A DNA stretch of 63,675 nt, counting the filler. It is 6 parts of 6 records of this genome, joined end to end, with 100 filler letters (N's around TTAATTAATTAA, not from the genome) between each part and the next. Parts side by side here need not be neighbours in the genome. Positions count along the whole stretch, not along the records: positions 1 to 26,237 come from DRR723986_14156; 5 more parts are not named here. One strand, given 5' to 3'. Made by a program: the position numbers and the translations under genes. Positions 1 through 10,340 of the stretch are shown here, in pieces (position 1 is the stretch's first letter; every line of letters begins with the position of its first letter). Below the pieces are notes generated by a model, which had not been told where the DNA came from, made no database searches, and saw only the letters and a program-made list of their open reading frames with translations.

Positions 1-33
1 GACCAGGCCGGCTACAAGTGGGGCGTCCGCTAA
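1..33 (+). CDS. 3' end of a truncated upstream CDS (DQAGYKWGVR*), product unknown
   Basis: Open frame 1 with GC-rich codons ending in TAA at 31-33, followed by a terminator-like hairpin. Confidence 0.4.
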   Translation, partial: DQAGYKWGVR

Positions 34-60
34 CCCACTTTAGAAGTTAAAGACCTTCTG

Positions 61-110
61 GCACCCGGGCTGGACTTCCTGCCTAAATCACCCAGCTCGG
101 GTTGCCTTTT
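61..110 (+). terminator. Probable intrinsic terminator
   Basis: GCACCCGGGCTGG...CCAGCTCGGGTTGC stem followed by CTTTT. Confidence 0.5.
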
Positions 111-196
111 GAAAGAAACGATTTATATCAGTCACTTATCTAGTGATGTTTCTAGGATTTATATAGACTGCCCCTGAGATTCGTACAGGCTCAGTC

Positions 197-3100
197 ATGA
201 TCCTCAGACTAATTGCATGCCTCCTTGCACTTCTTCTCCCGGCCGTAAATCTTTACGGCTCAGGTGAAGAGCGCCGCGATAATCTTGTTTTTACTGTAAC
301 ACCAATCTCAGCTGCCCTGACCCAGCAAAGCGTTAGAGAAACCTTTCAAGACAGTACCGGTAGACTTTGGTTTCTAACTCAAGAGGGATTGAATCGCTAC
401 AATGGGCATGAATTAGAAAACTATCAGTACTCACTAACCAACCCTCTTTCAATCTCATCGAATAACGTAACGGGAATTACCGAGGACTCACATGGGAGGA
501 TTTGGGTTTCGACCATTGGTGGCGGTCTAAATTTTTTTGATCCTATAGCGAATGGATTTGAGAACGTTACTAATATAGGCGGAGACAGCAACACCCCCTT
601 CTCCAACGATATCTACTCCATCTTCGCCGACTCTAAAGGCCGCCTCTGGCTTGGCTACGAGAACGCCTTTAGCTATTTCGACCCAGATACCAATCAGTAC
701 CAGCACTTCCTTCCAGAGATAAGTGATGCACCGTACCTAGGTGTTGTCGATGATTTCGCCGAAACCCCGGACGGCAGAATCTGGGCGGGAACCCTTGCGG
801 GAGGCCTCGTTGAAATAGACGGCGAACGCAACCGTGTTGACGTACACAGCAGCTCAAATCCCAGCTCAAACTTCCCTTCTAATAGCGTTACCTCTGTCGT
901 TTCGGACAGTCTAGGCAACGTATGGGCCGGAACAACCGATGCGGGCCTCATAATCTATAACCCGAGGACCGACGAATACAGAAAAATATCCGACGACAAC
1001 TTAACTACAAACAAGCTACCAAGTAGTTTTGTTAGAACTTTGTTCCTTGATGAAGGTGGGACTGTATGGGCAGGTACCGCGTCAGGTCTTTGCCGAACAT
1101 CAGAAAAAGGAAATTCTTTCGAGTGCTTTTCTAGTAGTAACTCAGATCTACCAAACGACGAAATTTATAGTATCTACAAATCTAGAGAAGGATCCCTCTG
1201 GGTCGGCACCTACTTCGGGCTAGCCATAGGAAGCGAGTCTCCATTCAAACTCTTTGACTCAACTAGGAATGGCCTTTCGAGCGATTCTGTAAACGCTTTC
1301 GGGGAAACAAACGGAAACGTTCTCTGGGTTGCTACTGATAACGGTCTAAACAGAGTCAACAACGGCTACGAAAAGCCGGAGTGGATTAACCAATACACCG
1401 TGCCTGGAATATCCGACTCACAAGTGATGAGTCTTTTAGGGGAAGGAAACATTTTATGGGTAGGAACGTTTCAAGGAGGCCTAAATAAGATAGATCTGGT
1501 ATCTGGAGAAACTGAAGTATTCCGACATAGCGATATAAAGGATGGAACGATTGGCGCAAACGGAATTACATCAATTCTTCGAGCATCAAATGGTGACCTA
1601 TTAGTGGGAACTTATGGTGGCGGACTAAGCGTCATGAATGAACAGACAGGCACCTTCGAAAATCACATTCACGAACCATCTGACAGCGAGAGCATAAGCA
1701 ACAACAACGTTGTTGGGCTATTCGAGGATTCACTGGGATTCATCTGGGTAGGCACCGAGAACGGATTGAACCGCTATGACTATTTGAGCAAGAAGTTTCT
1801 TAGAATCTATACGGAACGCGGCAATATCGACAGCATATCCAGCGACATGGTCTGGGCTTTCTATGAAGATGAAGGCAGAAACTTGTGGCTTGGAACGAAT
1901 GGCGGCGGACTTAATCTGTGGACGGCAGAAGACAGGTCACGGCTAAGAATAAAATTCGGGCACTTCTCAGAAAATATAGCGTTACCGTCAGCCAGTATCT
2001 ACGGCATCCAACCAGATGACGCAGGAAACTTATGGCTTTCGCATAACCGAGGCATAACCAAGTTCAAACCTTCAAGCTTAGCTACAAAGCATTATGGCGT
2101 TCGATCAGGACTACAACATTACGAATTCAACATGGGGGCGTCTTTCCGAGATACGAAAGGAAACATTTTCTTCGGCGGTGACCGTGGATATAACATCGTC
2201 GAGCCTGAGACGGTCACGGATCAGAGCAAACCCCCATTAGTCAGCATCTCGGCAATAAAAGTAATGAACCAAGTTCAGAAATACGATGTCCCGTATCGAG
2301 AATTGGACGAGATAGTGCTTGGCTATCAAGACACCATGCTATCCGTAGAATTTTTTGCAGCGGATTATTCAAACCCCGGGCTATTAAAATACGCATATCA
2401 ATTGGAAGGGGTGAATTCTGATTGGATAGTTTCCGAAGACGCTCGCACTGCTTCGTTTACAACACTTCCAACGGGTAGCTACACATTAAAATTAGCAGCC
2501 GCAAATCCGGATGGAATTTGGAACTGGGACGGAAAGGCAATACAGATAGTAGTCGAACCACCACCATGGAAGAGCTCACTTGCATATATAGCATACGTTT
2601 TAATTTCAATGCTTTTTCTTTTCCAGGTAATGACAATACAGAGACGAAGAGCTCGAGCATACGAAGAACGTCAGAGTGAATTAGAAGCAAAAGTAAACGA
2701 AAGAACCCGCGATCTTGAGGAAGCAAGAAGACAAGCTGAGCAAGCAAACAAAGCGAAGTCAGAATTTTTGGCGACAATGAGCCATGAGATTCGAACACCG
2801 ATGCACGGGATGATCGGCATGACCGAGCTGCTCCTTCACACCCAGCTAACGGACCAACAGAAAAGATTTGCATCATCTGCCAGAAACAGTGGCACAGCCT
2901 TGCTGAATCTAATCAATGAGATACTGGATTTTTCCAAGTTAGAGGCAGCAAAAGTCGAGCTCGACGAGACTGAATTTGACTTTGCCGAACTAATAGATGA
3001 CATCTGCTATTTACAGTCTGAAACAGCTAGAAAGAAGGGCTTGTTGCTCAATATAATCTACGAATCTTTCATCCCTGAAATTGTTTTAGGTGACAGCACA

Positions 3101-4660
3101 AAAATACGGCAGGTCATCAACAATTTACTTAGCAATTCTATAAAATTTACCGGCAAGGGACATGTAGACATACGAGTCCGCTATTTTCCATCCCTAGATT
3201 CTACAGAGAAATTCAACTTCGAGGTCTCTGTTACTGACGAGGGGATAGGAATGGACGAGGATACACAGAGAAAAGTCTTTGAGCCATTTACTCAGGCCGA
3301 TGCAAGCACAACAAGAGAATATGGTGGCACCGGTCTCGGCTTGAGTATATCTAGCCAATACGTCGAGTTAATGGGCGGAAAATTTGAAATTGAGTCGAGC
3401 CCAGGGAAAGGCACACGCGTAACCATAGCATTACCTCTGAGAGTCGTTAATTCGTCCTCAGAGCCTTCTAACTTTTCCGGCTACTCAGCACTCATACTAA
3501 TTTCGGACGACCACACGTATCTTTCCGCTATCAGTCAACTGAAAAGACTCGGCTTATCGATAGTCAGCGGTCGTAATCTTCAAAATGTATTACAGAATCT
3601 TGATGCTATCGATTTTGTCATTTGCTCAGAAAGCAAGGACATCATCGCTCTTCAAGAGGAACGAAAGTATTCCGGAATTACAATTAAAGTGGAACTGGAG
3701 GGCCTTTCGCCAGAAAATATCAATGAGCAGCCAGAAGGCACGCTGCAGCTACCATTGACAGCAAGTCAGCTAGGCGAAACTATTGAATCCCTCATAAGAA
3801 TGCAAACCGGTGGCACCGAAGAAACCAAGAAAGGCAGCACTACTAACAGCTATCAAGGGCGAATATTGGTTGCTGAAGACGTAATAACAAACCAAAAGAT
3901 CGCTAAAGAGATGCTCCAACTACTGGGCTTCAGTGTCGATATTGCCAATAATGGCCAAGAAGCAGTGGAGGCATTTAAGACTGAGAACTACTTACTAGTC
4001 TTTATGGACTGCCAAATGCCAGTGCTTGATGGCTATGAGGCTACTAAAGCTATTCGCGAGCTAGAAGACGGCCAGCGTTTGGATAGAATACCCATATTAG
4101 CGTTAACAGCGGGCACTAGTGCCGAAGAAATGCGCCTATGCTTAGAGTCAGGGATGGACTCATACTTATCAAAACCTTTTTCAATCGATGATCTTCGTAA
4201 AGCAATTTACGATCACTTAGACACATCAGCTTTAGCTGGATCCGCACTAACATCGCAGAAAATTACAGAAAGCGCTGTGGATTCACCTTCCAGTCAAGCT
4301 GACATCATAAATTACTCTGCAATCAAGAATATTCAAGCGGTCGAAGAACAAACAGGTAAGCCACTTTTTCCCCAGATATTCGAAGGATTTAAAACCCAGT
4401 TCGCTGAGAAGAAAGAAGAACTGCGAAATAGCGCGCAGGAGAATGACATGGACTCGATTAGGAAAGCATCGCATGCCATCAAATCAATGGCTGCCAACGT
4501 TGGAGCAGAAAAGGTCCGTGAGGTCAGCGCACAGATCGAGAAATCCGCCAAGGACTTTGATAGCGCGCTTTTGGACCAGAAAATCGAGCAGCTCAATGAT
4601 GAGTACAGCAAGTTTGTATATGCCGTGGAGTCCTCGCTCTTAGTCGACCAAGTCGGTTGA
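197..4660 (+). CDS. Hybrid sensor histidine kinase: signal peptide, Reg_prop beta-propellers, Y_Y_Y, TM, HisKA, HATPase, REC, HPt
   Basis: Repeated D..G.LWVGT..GL blades; YAYQLEG (Y_Y_Y); PPPW+TM; H-box [33 protein letters not shown]; receiver LVAED...MDCQMP...KPF; HPt [13 protein letters not shown]. Confidence 0.95.
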   Translation: MILRLIACLLALLLPAVNLYGSGEERRDNLVFTVTPISAALTQQSVRETFQDSTGRLWFLTQEGLNRYNGHELENYQYSLTNPLSISSNNVTGITEDSHGRIWVSTIGGGLNFFDPIANGFENVTNIGGDSNTPFSNDIYSIFADSKGRLWLGYENAFSYFDPDTNQYQHFLPEISDAPYLGVVDDFAETPDGRIWAGTLAGGLVEIDGERNRVDVHSSSNPSSNFPSNSVTSVVSDSLGNVWAGTTDAGLIIYNPRTDEYRKISDDNLTTNKLPSSFVRTLFLDEGGTVWAGTASGLCRTSEKGNSFECFSSSNSDLPNDEIYSIYKSREGSLWVGTYFGLAIGSESPFKLFDSTRNGLSSDSVNAFGETNGNVLWVATDNGLNRVNNGYEKPEWINQYTVPGISDSQVMSLLGEGNILWVGTFQGGLNKIDLVSGETEVFRHSDIKDGTIGANGITSILRASNGDLLVGTYGGGLSVMNEQTGTFENHIHEPSDSESISNNNVVGLFEDSLGFIWVGTENGLNRYDYLSKKFLRIYTERGNIDSISSDMVWAFYEDEGRNLWLGTNGGGLNLWTAEDRSRLRIKFGHFSENIALPSASIYGIQPDDAGNLWLSHNRGITKFKPSSLATKHYGVRSGLQHYEFNMGASFRDTKGNIFFGGDRGYNIVEPETVTDQSKPPLVSISAIKVMNQVQKYDVPYRELDEIVLGYQDTMLSVEFFAADYSNPGLLKYAYQLEGVNSDWIVSEDARTASFTTLPTGSYTLKLAAANPDGIWNWDGKAIQIVVEPPPWKSSLAYIAYVLISMLFLFQVMTIQRRRARAYEERQSELEAKVNERTRDLEEARRQAEQANKAKSEFLATMSHEIRTPMHGMIGMTELLLHTQLTDQQKRFASSARNSGTALLNLINEILDFSKLEAAKVELDETEFDFAELIDDICYLQSETARKKGLLLNIIYESFIPEIVLGDSTKIRQVINNLLSNSIKFTGKGHVDIRVRYFPSLDSTEKFNFEVSVTDEGIGMDEDTQRKVFEPFTQADASTTREYGGTGLGLSISSQYVELMGGKFEIESSPGKGTRVTIALPLRVVNSSSEPSNFSGYSALILISDDHTYLSAISQLKRLGLSIVSGRNLQNVLQNLDAIDFVICSESKDIIALQEERKYSGITIKVELEGLSPENINEQPEGTLQLPLTASQLGETIESLIRMQTGGTEETKKGSTTNSYQGRILVAEDVITNQKIAKEMLQLLGFSVDIANNGQEAVEAFKTENYLLVFMDCQMPVLDGYEATKAIRELEDGQRLDRIPILALTAGTSAEEMRLCLESGMDSYLSKPFSIDDLRKAIYDHLDTSALAGSALTSQKITESAVDSPSSQADIINYSAIKNIQAVEEQTGKPLFPQIFEGFKTQFAEKKEELRNSAQENDMDSIRKASHAIKSMAANVGAEKVREVSAQIEKSAKDFDSALLDQKIEQLNDEYSKFVYAVESSLLVDQVG

Positions 4661-4729
4661 TAATAACCAAGACGTCCGTATCCTAAAGCTAGAGAAACAA
4701 ATGCATTAATTTCTAACTATAAAGATAAA

Positions 4730-7700
4730 ATGCAAAGAATAGTCTTCTACATTTTAGCTTTTTTATTTCTCCAGATTTGCTCTGCCAACGCCGATGAGCG
4801 CTGGAGACCTATAGAAACAGCCGTTCAGCAGATGCTTGGCCATAAGACGGTAACTACTATTTTTACATCAAAAAGTGGCGAGGTTTGGATAGGCACAGTA
4901 GAAGGAGTTTATGTTTACAACGGGAGAGAAGTTCTATCCATAGGATTTGAAGAACACAAAGAAACAACACTACCAGAATCGAAAATAGTAATGTTTTTTG
5001 AAGATTCTGAACGAAACCTATATCTCGTCACCAGAGACAGTCATATACAAAAGTATAATCCGTCAATCAAAAAATTCAGAAAATCTGCAGATGTTCCAGG
5101 ATCTATTGACCTAAAGGAATATGTCACATCGGCTTTTTACGACGAAAGCGGCTTTATCTGGCTAGGCCACGAGTCAGGTAATGTGAGCAGACACGTGATC
5201 GAAGGGCGGCACTCCTGGCAGCAATGGAGTATTTCCTCAACTCCCGTAGTTGACTTAACAACTGATGCACACGGAAGCCTCTTCGCCATGAGCGAGCACG
5301 GCGAAATTGCATATTTTGAAAGTCAAACCGAACACCCGCCGAAGATCACAGAATCCAAATGCATAGAAAGATCAAATAAATTCAGCGCCATAGCCATAGA
5401 TTCATATGGAAACTTCTGGATAGGAACACGAGGCAATGGAATATTATTTCAGGATAGAAACTCAATTGTATGCCAAGACCCTAGCTTGCTCATCGATGAA
5501 AGCTTTCCCGTAAATTTTTCTCTACTTAGCGTTCATGACATAGAAATTGGCATTAACTCGGACGAGATTTTCGCGGGCACTAATGCTGGAATATTCTTGA
5601 TAGATTCATCAGATTTCTTAGCAGAAGATCATTATAGAACCGCCTACATACCCGGCGAGGAATCAATTGATATAAGTCTGTCAGACGAAATGACTCTCTG
5701 GTCTGGCAACTACTCAGGAATTTCAATGCTGGGTAAGTCAAAAACTGATGTTTACCTATCAGGACACGACGACCAGGGAAAATCGGTCGTGGCAATTCGG
5801 GAGTCTAAAAACTACGGAAGAGTGATCGCAACTTTGAACGGTCTTCTTGTCTTCAACAAAGAACATGGGACTCATCAAAATTTTAAAGAAATATATCCAG
5901 ATGCCCGTTTTCACGATCAGGGAATCGTGTCGCTAGACATAAACGAAGACGTTGTGTACGCGGGTTACTTAAACGGTGGCTTTTCTGTCTACGATCATCG
6001 GAAGAATTCTTTTTTTGATATTCAGACGACAGATGACAGTGAAAAGATACCGCCAGTTACGACAATTTTGTCTATTTCACGTGAACTAGCAATCGTTGGA
6101 ACATTTGGAGGCGGCCTACTCTTATACGAAAAGGGCACTGTGCGACAGATAAAGGTAGTTACAGAGGATCCTTACATTGATAGCGATAGAATAATATCAA
6201 TTCACCGTGATAGAAATGAGGTTATCTGGATAGGAACGGAGAGCAGCCTAAAAGCATTTTCTATGCTAGGCGATACTTTCAAGGAAGTAGAAATCAAATT
6301 TGACGAATCACCGAATTCTACAATCTGGAGCGTCACTAGCTCCAGCACTGGCATAGTTTATGCCGCTTCTCCTGACAAAGCTCTCTATCGTTTTGAATAC
6401 TCAGATGAACTTCAGGCATTTGAGTCAGAAACGTTATCAATGGTATCAAGCTATGAGAATTCAATCGTCTATGCAGTACAGGTCGACGATTTCGATAACA
6501 TATGGCTTTCTACCAATAACGGCATCTTTCGACGAAATTCTAGGCAGAACGGGAGGTTAATTAGTGTTGTTTCAGATACAGGCGTTCTGGATATTGGCTT
6601 TGAACACAGCGCATCCATGAAGAGCCCGGACGGCTCAATTTTCTTTGGCGGTATTGGTGGTTACATAAAGATTTCTTCAGTGAAGCAATGGCCAGCCGCC
6701 AAGGTTCCAAGCATGAGAATACTGGGGCTATTTGTAGACAATTCCAACAATCTAACGAGTGATCGATTTTCGGCACGAGAAGAGCTTACAATAACGCCAG
6801 AAAACTCGCATCTCCTGATCGACTTCGTCGTAGACGATTTTTTTAAACCTAACTCTTCGATATACCGATACATCCTTGAAGGATTCGACCAAAGCTGGAT
6901 TGAATCTGGTAGCCGTAACAACGCGTCGTACACAAACCTTCCCCCAGGAAACTACACCTTCTTCGCCCAAGGCGCAGACTCTTCCGGCACCTGGAACGAG
7001 GAAGGTATCGAGATTGAGATAACCGTGCTGCCGCCGTGGTATCAGACCTGGTGGGCATATGTGTTCTATGCATCGATTCTTTTCATTTTCGGTCTCTTCT
7101 TCAAGAAGTGGTATGACACTTTGTTGATGAAGGAACACGCGCTGGCCCTCGCCGACCAGATGAGCCGAACGGCCGATCATGCGATGGATGATCTTCAGGA
7201 TCAACTTGAGGAGCAGGACCGGCTGGCGCACACAATGCACATACGCAATCGCGATCTGCTCGGTCTTATTGAAGTTCTTACTCCGGCCATCGGCTCGCCT
7301 CCAACAGGTGGCCACGCGCACACTCTTGCTGGCCACACTGCCGCGCTGAAGCTGCTGGAAGATAGCCTGTTGTTCGATGAGTACGAGATCCAGGCAAATT
7401 TGAAGCGTTACACCAACACCCTGCTCACTCAACTACTGGAGCAGATCAGCCTGGCGGGTGGCCCGGAGATTAACACCATCGTCGAAGTCACCGATCTCTC
7501 GATACCCGCTGCCCCTGCCTCAAGAATCGCCCTGCTGATTTATGAGCTGGTCAACCGCGCCCTGGCATCGGCGTTTCCGCCGGGTTCCTTTGGAAATTTC
7601 CTGAGTATTTCCCTGTCACCGCCTGACGGGGCAGGCAAGTCGGGCAATCGATGGTGTCTGCTGGTATCCCATAGTGGTTCGGATTCCGGGATCAAATCCT

Positions 7701-7843
7701 CTGGCGACGCAAATACCGAGAGCAGGTCGTCAGTTATTGAGCTGTTGATTGACGAATTGCAGGCCGATGCAGAGTTCGATTCCGAGTCCGGCGATACGGT
7801 CAGGATTTTCTTCCGCCTCTCGAATGCCGCGCCACTAATCTGA
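4730..7843 (+). CDS. Beta-propeller/Y_Y_Y membrane sensor with a degenerate HisKA_2-type kinase core
   Basis: Signal peptide, Reg_prop blades, YRYILEGFD...YTNLPPGNY, PPWY+TM; C-terminus only loosely matches HisKA_2/HATPase (MHIRNRDL, ELVNRALASAF). Confidence 0.85.
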   Translation: MQRIVFYILAFLFLQICSANADERWRPIETAVQQMLGHKTVTTIFTSKSGEVWIGTVEGVYVYNGREVLSIGFEEHKETTLPESKIVMFFEDSERNLYLVTRDSHIQKYNPSIKKFRKSADVPGSIDLKEYVTSAFYDESGFIWLGHESGNVSRHVIEGRHSWQQWSISSTPVVDLTTDAHGSLFAMSEHGEIAYFESQTEHPPKITESKCIERSNKFSAIAIDSYGNFWIGTRGNGILFQDRNSIVCQDPSLLIDESFPVNFSLLSVHDIEIGINSDEIFAGTNAGIFLIDSSDFLAEDHYRTAYIPGEESIDISLSDEMTLWSGNYSGISMLGKSKTDVYLSGHDDQGKSVVAIRESKNYGRVIATLNGLLVFNKEHGTHQNFKEIYPDARFHDQGIVSLDINEDVVYAGYLNGGFSVYDHRKNSFFDIQTTDDSEKIPPVTTILSISRELAIVGTFGGGLLLYEKGTVRQIKVVTEDPYIDSDRIISIHRDRNEVIWIGTESSLKAFSMLGDTFKEVEIKFDESPNSTIWSVTSSSTGIVYAASPDKALYRFEYSDELQAFESETLSMVSSYENSIVYAVQVDDFDNIWLSTNNGIFRRNSRQNGRLISVVSDTGVLDIGFEHSASMKSPDGSIFFGGIGGYIKISSVKQWPAAKVPSMRILGLFVDNSNNLTSDRFSAREELTITPENSHLLIDFVVDDFFKPNSSIYRYILEGFDQSWIESGSRNNASYTNLPPGNYTFFAQGADSSGTWNEEGIEIEITVLPPWYQTWWAYVFYASILFIFGLFFKKWYDTLLMKEHALALADQMSRTADHAMDDLQDQLEEQDRLAHTMHIRNRDLLGLIEVLTPAIGSPPTGGHAHTLAGHTAALKLLEDSLLFDEYEIQANLKRYTNTLLTQLLEQISLAGGPEINTIVEVTDLSIPAAPASRIALLIYELVNRALASAFPPGSFGNFLSISLSPPDGAGKSGNRWCLLVSHSGSDSGIKSSGDANTESRSSVIELLIDELQADAEFDSESGDTVRIFFRLSNAAPLI

Positions 7844-7924
7844 TAAAGTGACGTCCTGCCAATAACGCACCTCAGAGCGAGACCCGGGACCCACCATGGC
7901 TCCAACTGCAGTGGCACAGAACAG

Positions 7925-8836
7925 ATGAAGCTTCCCGCGCAACGGTCAGAGTATCGTGGTCACCTACTCAATCGTAGCTGTCACCTCGTAGCCAACAACA
8001 AGGACAACCGGGGCGATGAAGCAATCAAGCTGGCAATTGCAGAGCTCAAGCGTATAGAGAGTAAATTCAGCACGCGCTCTGCCGGTAGTCTGGTTTATCA
8101 GCTCAACGAGCATGCCGGATCGAATGACTATATAGCTCTCGACCCGGAATCCCGTAGCCTGCTCGACTATATCCAGGCGCTTTGGGGTAAAAGCCTGCAT
8201 ATGTTTGACCCTACCTCAATTATTCTGCAACGCGCCTATGGCGATAGCACACCGATTAAAGGCTATAAGGCAATGCTGGGCGAACTGCTGCCACACGTCG
8301 CCTGGAGCAAGCTGGAAGTCACTGAGCAGGGGGCCAGGCTTACAGAGGCTGGAGCCTTACTGGACCTCGATAGCTGCATCCGCCCCTATGCCGTGGATAG
8401 TGCCAGGAAGAAGCTGCGCGAGAGTGGAGTGGATAGTGCGCTTATTAACCTGGATACCGATGTGGCAACCATTGGTCGACAGCCGGATGGCGCCAACTGG
8501 CTAATCGGCGTGCGCTACCCCAAGGGGACGGGCGCTGCGATAACCCGAATAAAGCTCAATAACCAGGGTTATTCCATCCGCGGGAATTTTGAGCAGCACC
8601 TGATGATCGACGGGGAGCGATTCAGCCGATCGCTTAGCCCTGTGGATGGTCAGCCCATACCCGGTTTACTGTCCATCGGCGTCGTCGCAGACCGAGCCCT
8701 CGACGCCTGGGTCACTGTCAGCATGGCCCGCCTGAAGACTGAACAGCCAGCGCTGAAGTGGCTAGCCGATATTGGCCTGCCGTGGATAGCGATCGACCGG
8801 GAGTTACAGTGTCACGGTTCTCTTGCCGGATCCTAG
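7925..8836 (+). CDS. ApbE-like (FAD:protein FMN transferase fold) protein with a degenerate active site and no signal peptide
   Basis: AELKRIESKFS...S.VYQLN, FDPT, YAVD, G.QPDG..WLIGVRYP motifs; catalytic motifs altered. Confidence 0.8.
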   Translation: MKLPAQRSEYRGHLLNRSCHLVANNKDNRGDEAIKLAIAELKRIESKFSTRSAGSLVYQLNEHAGSNDYIALDPESRSLLDYIQALWGKSLHMFDPTSIILQRAYGDSTPIKGYKAMLGELLPHVAWSKLEVTEQGARLTEAGALLDLDSCIRPYAVDSARKKLRESGVDSALINLDTDVATIGRQPDGANWLIGVRYPKGTGAAITRIKLNNQGYSIRGNFEQHLMIDGERFSRSLSPVDGQPIPGLLSIGVVADRALDAWVTVSMARLKTEQPALKWLADIGLPWIAIDRELQCHGSLAGS

Positions 8837-9591
8837 CGGCCTTTGAAGCGCGGCTCGCGTTTTTCCTTTTGCGCGGCAAACCCTTCTTGCAGGTCTTCTG
8901 ACCGAAGGCATTGCTCCGCCAGTGAATTTGCCTCCTCCGGGTCAATGCGGCCCGCAGCAGCTTGCTGCAGTATCCGCTTCATGGCCCGAACGGAGAGTGG
9001 CGCCAGCCCCGCAATGTGCTCCGCGTAGTCCAGGGTGCGCTCTTCCAACTGGGCCGGCATCACCAGGTGATCGAGGAATCCCATTTCCAGCAGAGCGTCT
9101 GCAGAAAAGGTTTCCGACGCTACCAGCACCCGCTTGGCCACGTTGACGCCAAGCCTCTCCACATAGCGATTGATGCCGCTAATCGGATAGCAAAGGCCAA
9201 TGGCAGCGGCCGGCACGCGCATGCGGATACCCTCAATGCCAATCCGGAAATCGCAGCTCAGGGCAAGCTCTCCCCCACCCCCAAAGATATTGCCGTTAAT
9301 CGAGCAGACGGTAGGGATGGCCAGTGCAGCCAGCTGGTCAGTCGTCCGCTGAAAGCAGTCTCCGCTGATCTTGCCCTCGTTAAGCTCCTGCAGCGACGCG
9401 CCCGCGCAGAAGGTCTTTTCTCCGGAACCAGTGACAACCAGCACCCGGATATTCTCCTCCTGGGCGACCTCGGTAAGGATTGCCTGGACGGCATCCAGTT
9501 CCCGCTGACCCAGGGAGTTGTGCTTTTCGGGGTTGTTGAGAACCAGGGTTCCAACGTGTCCTTGCTGCCGGTAAAGGATTGTCTCGCTCAT
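8833..9591 (-). CDS. Enoyl-CoA hydratase/isomerase (crotonase) family protein
   Basis: LNNPEKHNSL, FCAGA, GGGGELALSCDFR, DLQEGFAA.KEKR.P.FKGR; start moved to ATG 9591 behind CAGGAG. Confidence 0.92.
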   Translation of the reverse strand: MSETILYRQQGHVGTLVLNNPEKHNSLGQRELDAVQAILTEVAQEENIRVLVVTGSGEKTFCAGASLQELNEGKISGDCFQRTTDQLAALAIPTVCSINGNIFGGGGELALSCDFRIGIEGIRMRVPAAAIGLCYPISGINRYVERLGVNVAKRVLVASETFSADALLEMGFLDHLVMPAQLEERTLDYAEHIAGLAPLSVRAMKRILQQAAAGRIDPEEANSLAEQCLRSEDLQEGFAAQKEKREPRFKGR

Positions 9592-9692
9592 GTGGCGCTC
9601 CTGTGTGCTGATAAGAAAAGTGTGGCACACACGCCTACCGGGTGCCACTTCACTGGACATACCCAACTGCGGTTTCCATACTCGGTTATCAG

Positions 9693-10295
9693 ATGATCGA
9701 GGCTGACAAGATGGTCAAGCGTTGCGGTTGGTGTGGTGAAGACCCCCTTTACGTGGCATATCACGATCAGGAATGGGGCGTGCCGGTCAGGGATGATGCC
9801 ACCCTGTTCGAATTCCTGGTGCTGGAGGGTGCCCAGGCGGGTCTCGCCTGGATCACCGTGCTGCGCAAGCGGGAGGGCTACCGGGCACTGTTCGATAACT
9901 TCGATCCGCAGAAAATCGCGCGTTACACCGATCGCAAGCTGGACAAGCTGCTCACCGACCCACGGATCATCCGCAACAAGCTGAAGGTCTACGGCGCTCG
10001 CAAGAATGCCCGGGCCTTCCTGGACGTCCAGCAGAGCCACGGTAGCTTTTCAGCCTACATCTGGGACTTTGTCGATGGTGACCCGATCCAGAATCGCTGG
10101 CAATCCATGGCCAAGCTACCGGCCACCAGCGCCCAATCCGACGCCCTCAGCAAGGATATGAAGAAGCGCGGCTTCACCTTTGTGGGCTCCACCATCATGT
10201 ATGCCCATATGCAGGCCACCGGCATGGTCAACGACCATCTCGTGAGCTGTTTCCGCCATCGGGAATGCGCGCAACTGGCGAAATCCAGCGGGTAA
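9693..10295 (+). CDS. tag: DNA-3-methyladenine glycosylase I
   Basis: RCGW...YHDQEWG, LEGAQAGLAW, GMVNDHLVSC; start at 9693 or 9711. Confidence 0.95.
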   Translation: MIEADKMVKRCGWCGEDPLYVAYHDQEWGVPVRDDATLFEFLVLEGAQAGLAWITVLRKREGYRALFDNFDPQKIARYTDRKLDKLLTDPRIIRNKLKVYGARKNARAFLDVQQSHGSFSAYIWDFVDGDPIQNRWQSMAKLPATSAQSDALSKDMKKRGFTFVGSTIMYAHMQATGMVNDHLVSCFRHRECAQLAKSSG

Positions 10296-10340
10296 GCCCT
10301 ATCGCTGCTAGAATGCCGGTTCTCTGCCGGAGCACTACTG

